Assembly: GCA_039812125.1 (NCBI GenBank)
Contig: JBDHZV010000002.1
Span: forward strand, 1,877 to 65,876
Source of the DNA: Candidatus Nanopelagicales bacterium
Lineage (GTDB): Bacteria > Actinomycetota > Actinomycetes > S36-B12 > CAIYMF01
DNA: 64,000 nt
Direction: 5' to 3'
Shown: positions 57,609 through 64,000 of the stretch, piece by piece
How positions within the stretch are numbered: the first letter of the stretch is position 1
Layout: the number at the start of each line of letters is the position of its first letter
The notes under the pieces: model-generated
Databases searched by the model: none
What the model was told of the DNA's origin: nothing
What the model saw: only the letters and a program-made list of their open reading frames with translations
Position numbers and translations under genes: made by a program

Positions 57609-58775
57609 GTGCCGAGCGTGCCCGCTCGCGGTGACGTGGTCGGGGTCGGCCTGTACCTGGCCGCGGTCGCGCTCGTGGCCGGCGTGCTGCGCGACGTGCG
57701 GGCGCCGGACCTGCAGGTCTACCACCTGGCGCTGGAGCACCTCGGGGCCGACGACGTGTACCGCCACCTCTACCCCGACATCACCGCGCCCTACACCTAT
57801 CCGCCCTCCGCCCTGGTGCTGTTGGCCTGGCTGGCAGTCCCGTTGGCAGCAGGGCGGGTGCTGATGGTCGTGGCGACGGCGGTGTCGGTGTGGCTGACGT
57901 CGGCCGTGGTGGTCCGGACCGCGGCGCAGGGCAGCCCATGGGACCGCGCCGGGATCGTCGGTGCCGTGTCGGCCGTCACCCTGCTGTCCTTGCCGCTGTT
58001 CCTCGCCGCCGGGCTGGGTCAGGCGGCGCCGGTCGTCATGGGCATCTCGGCGTGGGGGATGCTGGGTGCGCGCACGCGCTGGCGGGGCGCCTGGGTGGGC
58101 GCCGCTGCGGCACTGAAGCTGACTCCGGCCGCGTTCGCCCTGCACTGGTGGTCGACCGGCCGGCGCCGGGACTGCCTTGTCGCCGGTGCCGCATTCCTGG
58201 CCTGGACGGCGCTCGGGTGGTGGGCGATGCCCGCCTCGTCACGGTGGTACTTCCGTGACGGCGGCGTCCTGCGCGCCCCGCAGGACTACACGAACGTGAG
58301 CAACCAGGCCCTGTCCGGCATCGCAGCGCGCGCCGGCTGGGGGTCGCCCCCTGCGGGCGTGGCCGTGCTGGCGGTCAGCGCGGCGCTGCTGGTGGCCGGG
58401 CTGCTCGTCGCCCGACGGGCCCACGACGCTGGCTGGGACGCGGCCGCCGTGGCCCTGGTGGGACTCTGGTCGGGGGTGTGCGCACCGCTGGCATGGATCC
58501 ACGCCTTCGGCTGGTGGGTCCCGCTGGCCGCGGCGATCGCCCTGCACGGACGCACCCGCCGGGACGTCCTCGTCGCCGTCGTGACGACGCTCTGGCCGGC
58601 GGCCCTGCTCGTGGTCCCGACTGGCCCGGGCCCGTCGATCGGCAGTGCGTGGTACCCCCTCGGGGTGGTGCTGGTGACCACCTGGCTGTGGCGTCGCCTG
58701 CCGGCGCGCGCGGCGGGGCGCCGGGGCCCCTCCGTCGGGCAGCCCCGGCAGGCGCTCACCGGGGCTCCCGCGTGA
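57609..58775 (+). CDS. GT87/DUF2029 family glycosyltransferase, copy b (paralogue of copy a)
   Basis: PDLQVYHLALEHL...YTYPPSALVLL and AAALKLTPAAFAL. The GTG start follows GGAGGAGGG. It is collinear with copy a, including the C-terminal WIHAFGWWVPLA. Confidence 0.75.
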   Translation: MPSVPARGDVVGVGLYLAAVALVAGVLRDVRAPDLQVYHLALEHLGADDVYRHLYPDITAPYTYPPSALVLLAWLAVPLAAGRVLMVVATAVSVWLTSAVVVRTAAQGSPWDRAGIVGAVSAVTLLSLPLFLAAGLGQAAPVVMGISAWGMLGARTRWRGAWVGAAAALKLTPAAFALHWWSTGRRRDCLVAGAAFLAWTALGWWAMPASSRWYFRDGGVLRAPQDYTNVSNQALSGIAARAGWGSPPAGVAVLAVSAALLVAGLLVARRAHDAGWDAAAVALVGLWSGVCAPLAWIHAFGWWVPLAAAIALHGRTRRDVLVAVVTTLWPAALLVVPTGPGPSIGSAWYPLGVVLVTTWLWRRLPARAAGRRGPSVGQPRQALTGAPA

Positions 58776-60148
58776 CCCCCCGGGACCGGGCGCTGCCGTG
58801 GCTCATGGGATGGCTGGTCCTGCTGCCGGTGGTCGTGCTGCGCGCGGGCACCCTGGCGGAGTCCGACACGTTCTGGCAGGTCCGCACCGGGCTGGACATC
58901 CTGGCTTGGGGCCGGATGCCGCACGTGGACGCGTACTCCTGGACCGCGGCCGGGGCAGCGTGGACGCCCAACTCCTGGGGCTTCGACGTCCTGCTGGGCG
59001 TGGCACATCGGGTCGGGGGCCTGCCGGCGGTCGCCGTGGTGGCCGCAGCCCTGGCGTGGGTGGTGCTCGGCATGGTCCTGGTGCTGGCCCGCGAGCTGGG
59101 CGCCCACGTCGTCCCGGCGGTGGCCGGGGCGCTGTCCGCCGGGGTGATCCTGGTCGGGTGGCTCTCGGCGCGCCCCCAGCTGGTGGACTACGCCGCGGTC
59201 CTGGGCCTGGTCCTGCTGGCTCGGGCGGTGTCCGTCGGGCGGTCCCCGGGGGTGGCCGCAGCCGCGATCGTCGCCGTGATGCTCGTGTGGATGAACCTGC
59301 ACAGCGCCGCGATGCTCGGTGTGGTCCTGGTCGCCGCGGCGGCCGGTGCGGCGGCGACCGCTGGGCAGTCCCGGGCGGCGGGGCTGCTGGTGGCCACGGC
59401 TGTGGCCGGGGGAGCCGCGTGCCTGGTCACTCCGTACGGAACCGAGCTGATCCGGCACGCCTGGACAGTGCACCAGCAGTCCGTGGGGGTGGTCGACGAG
59501 TGGGCCCGGTTCGACCCGAGCGACGCCAGCCAGGTCGTGGTCCTCGCCGCAGGGCTGACGGCGCTGGGCGTCGCCCTGCGGCGCGCAGAGCGGGTCGTCG
59601 TCGCCGCACTTGCCGTGCTGGCGGTGGCTTCGCTCCCGGCTCAGCGCCTGCTGCCCCTCCTGCTGCTGGTGGCCGTACCCACCCTGGCCGCGGGTGCCTC
59701 CTCAGCCCGGGTGCTGGCATACCTGCGATCCCGGAGGCGCGTGCTGGTGCCCGCTGCGGTGGTCGGGGTCGCCCTGCTGGGCGGGGTGGCCGCCCCCGCC
59801 CTGGGTCACCTGGGGCGACCGGACCCCTCGATCTACCCGACCAGGGTCGCGGCTGCGATCCCGATCGGGTGCGACGTCTACGTCCCGTACCTCGTCGGCG
59901 GGTACCTGATCCTGGCCCGGCCCGACGTGCGGGTCTCGATCGACTCGCGCAACGACCTCCATGGTGCCGTGGCGGTCCTTCGCGCCGAGCGGGGACTGAC
60001 CGGGGCGGCCGGGGTCCCGGCGATCGTGGGGGCCGCGGGCTGCGTCCTGGTGCCCCCCGGCAGCGGGCTGGCGGCCCTCCTGGCTGCCGATCCCGGATGG
60101 ACCCGGGTGGCTGCGGAACCGGCCGGGGTGCTCTACGCGAGGGCGTGA
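58772..60148 (+). CDS. Unassigned polytopic membrane protein with a C-terminal extracytoplasmic domain (GT-C-like?), copy 1
   Basis: The GTG at 58772 overlaps the copy-b stop (GTGA). SDTFWQVRTGLDILAWG in the first loop, more than 10 TM helices, and the C-terminal motif VSIDSRNDLHG. Paralogue of 61290..62744. Confidence 0.6.
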   Translation: MTPRDRALPWLMGWLVLLPVVVLRAGTLAESDTFWQVRTGLDILAWGRMPHVDAYSWTAAGAAWTPNSWGFDVLLGVAHRVGGLPAVAVVAAALAWVVLGMVLVLARELGAHVVPAVAGALSAGVILVGWLSARPQLVDYAAVLGLVLLARAVSVGRSPGVAAAAIVAVMLVWMNLHSAAMLGVVLVAAAAGAAATAGQSRAAGLLVATAVAGGAACLVTPYGTELIRHAWTVHQQSVGVVDEWARFDPSDASQVVVLAAGLTALGVALRRAERVVVAALAVLAVASLPAQRLLPLLLLVAVPTLAAGASSARVLAYLRSRRRVLVPAAVVGVALLGGVAAPALGHLGRPDPSIYPTRVAAAIPIGCDVYVPYLVGGYLILARPDVRVSIDSRNDLHGAVAVLRAERGLTGAAGVPAIVGAAGCVLVPPGSGLAALLAADPGWTRVAAEPAGVLYARA

Positions 60149-61293
60149 GTGCCGGTCGCGTCCTCCGGCAGCGGGGCGCCCGAGCGGGGCGCGTTGTGGC
60201 GGCGCAGGTGCGCCAGGACGGCCACCAGCCCCACGAGCAGCAGCACCAGCCGAACGGTCTGGATGGTCAGGCCGACCCACCCGCCGGCCAGGAAGCTGGG
60301 GTAGCCGGTGGGGTAGAGCAGCTGGGCAGCCAGCGCGGTTCCTGCCAGGGGCAGCAGGACGGTGCGCGGGACCCGGGTGTGGGCCTGTGCCAGGGCGCAC
60401 AGCCCCAGCACCCAGATGTCGAACTGCGGGGACAGCACACGACTGGTCACCAGCAGGACCAGCACGACCAGCAGGGACACCAGTGCCGCCGTCCCGGTGT
60501 CGGCGGCCGGAACCCGCAGCCATGCCCAGGCCAGCACCACCAGGGCGGCGGCCACCCCCAGCGGCAGCAGCCACCGGGCCACCAGGTCGGCGGCGCTGTG
60601 GGCGACCTCGGTGGCGCCGTTGCGGAACACCAGGTCGACCGGAGCGCCGAGGGTCCGGGCGAGCATGAACGGCCAGGCGGCGACGGACTCGACCTGCAGT
60701 CCGCGGGCCTCCTGGTTGCCCACGAACGACGGGCTCGCGACCAGCGCCCGGGCCACCAGCGCGGTCGCCGCGTAGGCGGCTGCCGCGGCCAGCGCCCGGC
60801 GGACCACGGCCCCGCGAGGTGCCGAGACCAGCAGCCCGGGCCAGAGCTTCAGGCTGGCCCCGAGGCCCAGGAGCAGCCCGGAGCGGGTCGCCACCGGCGC
60901 CGTCAGCCCGAGCACGGCGACCAGGGTGACCAGCGTGTCCAGGCGGGTGAGCATCATCGGGCCCACCAGCAGCCCGGCCAGGGCCCACAGCAGCGCCCCG
61001 CGGGTCCGCACCAGCCGCGCCATCAGCACCGCGTCGCTGCCGACGATGACCACGAGCAGCGCCGCGAACGAGTGCTGGGTGAGCCCGGCGGCCGCGAGCA
61101 CCAGGGCCACGCCGGGCGGGTACTGCCAGGCGTCGGTGCTGATGGTCGTCCCGTGGGCGAGTGCGTCGGACCACAGGGCGAACAGGTGCAGGTCGGACGG
61201 GACGTAGTCGCCCCCGGGCAGCCCAAGGGTCAGGATCGCGACCAGCCGGGCGGCCAGCCACACGGCCCACGTGGTGGTGGGACGCAGGATCAT
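60133..61293 (-). CDS. GT87/DUF2029-like glycosyltransferase, divergent copy c
   Basis: The last 386 codons of ORF 60133..62493, from the ATG at 61293 (ATGA overlap with the upstream gene). DLHLFALWSDAL...WQYPPGVALVLA and GASLKLWPGLLV. Confidence 0.6.
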   Translation of the reverse strand: MILRPTTTWAVWLAARLVAILTLGLPGGDYVPSDLHLFALWSDALAHGTTISTDAWQYPPGVALVLAAAGLTQHSFAALLVVIVGSDAVLMARLVRTRGALLWALAGLLVGPMMLTRLDTLVTLVAVLGLTAPVATRSGLLLGLGASLKLWPGLLVSAPRGAVVRRALAAAAAYAATALVARALVASPSFVGNQEARGLQVESVAAWPFMLARTLGAPVDLVFRNGATEVAHSAADLVARWLLPLGVAAALVVLAWAWLRVPAADTGTAALVSLLVVLVLLVTSRVLSPQFDIWVLGLCALAQAHTRVPRTVLLPLAGTALAAQLLYPTGYPSFLAGGWVGLTIQTVRLVLLLVGLVAVLAHLRRHNAPRSGAPLPEDATGTHALA

Positions 61294-62744
61294 GGCCCGG
61301 TCGGTGCCGACAGCAGCACGTAGCCGTTCTCGGCGCCCTGCTGCGACCAGCCCCGCTCGGCGACCAGGACATGGGCCAGCGGGGCGTCCTGCTTGAGCAG
61401 CGCCACGGTCGGGTCCAGCCGGTCCAGCATCGACTCCCAGGGGCCCTTGAGCAGGGCCAGGTCGGTGTAGTCCTGGATGTACTGGGCCCCGTACCGATCG
61501 GTCCGGCCGTCGATGCCGACCCGGGTCGCCCCGCCCCCGAACGACAGCACGATCCCGGCCAGGTTGTAGTCGTTGAGGACCCGCTGCCCCGCCGGCAGCT
61601 CGGCGATGCGGCCCGCGAGGTCGTAGGGGTAGGTGGTCGTGGGCAGCTGCGGCTGGCCCGGGACTGTGGCCAGGCCCAGGGCGGCCAGGACCGCAGCCAG
61701 TGCGATGCCGGCCCGTGCCGACCACGCGGGCTCCGGCCGACGGCCGAACCGGGGGTATGCCTGGTCCATGCGGTGCGCGATGAGCGGGATCAGCATCAGC
61801 ATGGCCACGACGAGGTTGCGCCAGGCCATCCAGCCGAAGACGAACAGGCTCACCGTCGCCAGCACCTCGCTGCGCGGCACCCGCCCGTGCCCGGACCAGG
61901 CGACCAGGACCACGACCCACAGCAGCAGGCTCAGGATCCCGATGTCCTCGGTGGGGGTGACCGCCTCCCACTCGGAGATGACGTCGGTCGCGCGGGCGAA
62001 CCGCAGCACCGCCGTGATGTTGCTCGGGCCGGCAGGGCTGAGGGCCCCGACGGCCAGGGCTGCCACGGACAGGCCCAGGGCGCGCAGCGCCGACCGGTCG
62101 CGCAGCCCGTGGTCCAGCCATCGCCCGAGGGCCACCAGTGCCAGCGCGGCGGGAGCCAGGATCCAGCCGCCGTGCCAGTTCGCCCACACGACGGTCAGGG
62201 GCAGCAGGACCCACCAGCGGGGCAGTCGCCCGCGCACCAGCCCGGTGACGATGACCCCGCCGAGGGCTGCGGCCCCGACGTAGGTGGCCTGCTGGGTCCG
62301 CTCCTGGGCGTACGCGGCGACGGCGACGACCCCCACCACGTAGGGGAAGGCCGCCAGGACCGGGGGGCGGTGGCGCAGCGTGGTGGCCGCCAGGATGGCC
62401 AGGACCAGGGCGGCCGAGAGGGTGCGGTAGGCCGCGAAGGCGGCCCAGCCGCCCACCTCGTACAGCCCGTGGAAGAGCAGCTCGCCCAGCCACTGGGTGG
62501 AGACCCAGGGCAGCGGGTCGGGGGCGAAGGACCAGCCGTCGCCGATCCCGGCGGGTGAGGACCCGGAGGCCAGCTCGCGCCCGGCGAGGACGTGCCAGTA
62601 GACGTCGACGTCGCGGAAGGACCCCTTCGCGACGAGCATGAGGGCCAGCCCGGTGATGGCGCCGAGGATGACCGCGAACGGCAGGCCGGGCCGGACGGAC
62701 GCGCGGGGCGGCGCGGGGGCCTCTGCGGTGTCGATGGCGGTCAC
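61290..62744 (-). CDS. Unassigned polytopic membrane protein with a C-terminal extracytoplasmic domain (GT-C-like?), copy 2
   Basis: RDVDVYWHVLAGRELASG in the first loop, VWANWHGG, ISEWEAV and VGIDGRTDRYG align motif for motif with 58772..60148. Confidence 0.6.
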   Translation of the reverse strand: MTAIDTAEAPAPPRASVRPGLPFAVILGAITGLALMLVAKGSFRDVDVYWHVLAGRELASGSSPAGIGDGWSFAPDPLPWVSTQWLGELLFHGLYEVGGWAAFAAYRTLSAALVLAILAATTLRHRPPVLAAFPYVVGVVAVAAYAQERTQQATYVGAAALGGVIVTGLVRGRLPRWWVLLPLTVVWANWHGGWILAPAALALVALGRWLDHGLRDRSALRALGLSVAALAVGALSPAGPSNITAVLRFARATDVISEWEAVTPTEDIGILSLLLWVVVLVAWSGHGRVPRSEVLATVSLFVFGWMAWRNLVVAMLMLIPLIAHRMDQAYPRFGRRPEPAWSARAGIALAAVLAALGLATVPGQPQLPTTTYPYDLAGRIAELPAGQRVLNDYNLAGIVLSFGGGATRVGIDGRTDRYGAQYIQDYTDLALLKGPWESMLDRLDPTVALLKQDAPLAHVLVAERGWSQQGAENGYVLLSAPTGP

Positions 62745-62807
62745 GGTAGCAGTACCTCCTGTGCTGGGCCGGTGCTCGAGCTCGTGTCCGGCTCCCCGGG
62801 ACGTGCA

Positions 62808-62842
62808 GTCGGGCGGGGCGCCCTGGGGCAGCCCCGCCCGAC
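62808..62842 (-). terminator. GC-rich hairpin 14 nt downstream of the second flp gene
   Basis: gtcgggcggggc / gccccgcccgac is a perfect 12-bp inverted repeat with an 11-nt loop. There is no U-tract, as is common in actinobacteria. Confidence 0.45.
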
Positions 62843-62855
62843 GTGGCCGAACAGG

Positions 62856-63065
62856 TCAGCCGTTGGCGGACAGGCAGCTGCCTGCCTTGTTGAAGACCCG
62901 TCCGATGCCGCCCGAGAGGAAGACCACGGCGGCGATGAGCACCACGGCGATGAGGGCGACCAGGAGGCCGTACTCCACCATCGTGGCGCCCTCGTCCTTG
63001 CGGGCGATCCGGCGGCCGAACTCACGGACGCGGACCTCGAGGTCGGTGTAGGTGCGAACCAGCAT
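62856..63065 (-). CDS. flp: Flp/Fap family type IVb (Tad) pilin, copy 2
   Basis: 69 aa. Leader MLVRTYTDLEVRVREFGRRIARKDEG, then ATMVEYGLLVALIAVVLIAAVVFL, i.e. the G/xxxxEY Flp processing motif plus a hydrophobic helix. RBS AAGGAGGAG. Confidence 0.85.
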   Translation of the reverse strand: MLVRTYTDLEVRVREFGRRIARKDEGATMVEYGLLVALIAVVLIAAVVFLSGGIGRVFNKAGSCLSANG

Positions 63066-63097
63066 GACTGCTCCTCCTTGGGTGCTCGTCGCGACTG

Positions 63098-63307
63098 TCA
63101 GCCGTTGGCGGACAGGCAGCTGCCGGCCTTGTTGAAGACGCGGCCGATGCCGCCGGACAGGAAGACCACGGCGGCGATGAGCACGATCGCGATGAGGGCG
63201 ACCAGGAGGCCGTACTCCACCATCGTGGCGCCCTCGTCCTTGCGGGCGATCCGGCGGCCGAACTCACGGACGCGGACCTCGAGGTCGGTGTAGGTGCGAA
63301 CCAGCAT
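63098..63307 (-). CDS. flp: Flp/Fap family type IVb (Tad) pilin, copy 1
   Basis: Identical to copy 2 apart from one residue (Ile for Val). The ATG is at 63307 behind GAAGGGA. The ORF-track start at 63424 adds an implausible extension. Confidence 0.85.
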   Translation of the reverse strand: MLVRTYTDLEVRVREFGRRIARKDEGATMVEYGLLVALIAIVLIAAVVFLSGGIGRVFNKAGSCLSANG

Positions 63308-63694
63308 TTCCAATCCCTTCTGTTGTCCCGTGGTGCCGGGCGGCCCAAACGGATTCTGTTCCCCCAGTCCCGGTCCCCCGACGGGCGACGACCGAGATTG
63401 CCTGGTTACTTGGATAATAGGCATCCGGCGCCAAGAAATGCGGGAAACAGTCCGAAGTTGGGCCGAATAGGTGAATGCGTGTGGTGGCCGAATCCACGCG
63501 TCGATCGGGGCTCTCGTCGCGAGATTCTCACACAGCGTCGCGGCGGTATGCGCCTTTGGCGGGGGTATTCCGGGCTCGTGGTGTGCGTGGGCTTCGTTTC
63601 TGTGCTCGACGCGTGGGCACCGGAGCGGAATGCGTCACCCACGGTGAGCGAATGGTGGTCCGATGTCCCCTGAAATGTCCCCGAGCCCCGCGAG

Positions 63695-63811
63695 GAATGC
63701 GTCCCCACTTCAGGGGACGCATTCGCCGCCGGCGCATTCCTGACCGGAATCCCGGGAATGCGCCGGACGGGTGACAGGGGCCCCTGGCCGCGGCCTGAGC
63801 CCCCCTGTCAC
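63695..63811. other. Three consecutive perfect inverted repeats downstream of tadC and upstream of flp
   Basis: 63695-63724 (12-bp arms gaatgcgtcccc/ggggacgcattc, 6-nt loop). 63729-63766 (12-bp arms ccggcgcattcc/ggaatgcgccgg, 14-nt loop). 63771-63811 (10-bp arms gtgacagggg/cccctgtcac, 21-nt loop). Confidence 0.8.
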
Positions 63812-63832
63812 CCGCCTCGTGGCAGCGTGGCG

Positions 63833-64000
63833 TCAGCTGCCGCCCAGCTGGTCGTAGATGCTCAGGGCGGCCGGGCCCAGGATGATGATGAAGATCGCGG
63901 GCATGATGCCCAGCATCACCGGGAACACCATCTTCACGGGCAGCTTCATGGCCTGCTCCTCGATGCGCTGCGAGCGCTTGAGCCGCATCTCCGCGGTCTG
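63833..64000 (-). CDS. tadC: Type II secretion system F-domain protein, TadC/TadB-like (C-terminal end only; 5' part is outside the window)
   Basis: My reverse-strand translation gives ...QTAEMRLKRSQRIEEQAMKLPVKMVFPVMLGIMPAIFIIILGPAALSIYDQLGGS*, the characteristic last helix region of T2SSF/TadB-C proteins. Flp genes lie downstream. Confidence 0.6.
   Translation of the reverse strand, partial: QTAEMRLKRSQRIEEQAMKLPVKMVFPVMLGIMPAIFIIILGPAALSIYDQLGGS

Noticed and set aside
63323-63774. Four overlapping ORFs (63323..63673 +, 63406..63708 -, 63475..63774 +, 63528..63737 -) as candidate small genes such as tadE/tadF or a prepilin peptidase
   Set aside because: Their translations are Arg/Pro/His/Ser-rich with no hydrophobic TadE-like N-terminus, no RBS and no membrane helices. 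I treat the region as non-coding and regulatory.

Overview
This is a very GC-rich chromosomal segment that looks actinobacterial. Evidence: the mycothiol gene mshB, the DUF3117 and DUF3107 small proteins, and a gene order (typA, dpp-like ABC operon, mshB, fdxA-dapC, dapD/dapE, LOG, folP, DUF3117, O-methyltransferase, htrA-tatB, mrp, MgtE-N/CBS protein) that, from memory, resembles the mycobacterial Rv1165-Rv1232 neighbourhood. I call about 60 protein-coding genes. By eye I found no rRNA, tRNA, CRISPR array, transposase or integrase. Because of the GC content the six-frame track is full of long Arg/Pro/Gly/Ala-rich ORFs on the wrong strand or frame. I kept only ORFs with recognisable family motifs or believable membrane or globular composition, and I trimmed many starts to ATG/GTG codons that have a Shine-Dalgarno-like sequence or a stop/start overlap. 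Positions 1-55 kb are mostly core housekeeping: lysine/DAP biosynthesis, folate, citrate synthase, glycogen phosphorylase, proteases, a DEAD-box helicase. Several degenerate 'pseudoenzyme' paralogues and short tandem repeats are embedded in this part. The accessory-looking part is 55.2-64 kb. It holds an alpha/beta hydrolase and a mirror-image cluster of five polytopic membrane proteins (three GT87/DUF2029-type plus two unassigned paralogues). Directly upstream of one arm of that cluster are two tandem Flp-type pilin genes, a 525-nt motif-rich non-coding region and the 3' end of a tadC-like gene that runs off the window. The best candidate for something not yet described is the flp / GT-C-like juxtaposition, where I would have expected TadE/TadF pseudopilins. 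All functional calls rest on motif recognition by eye, not on database searches.
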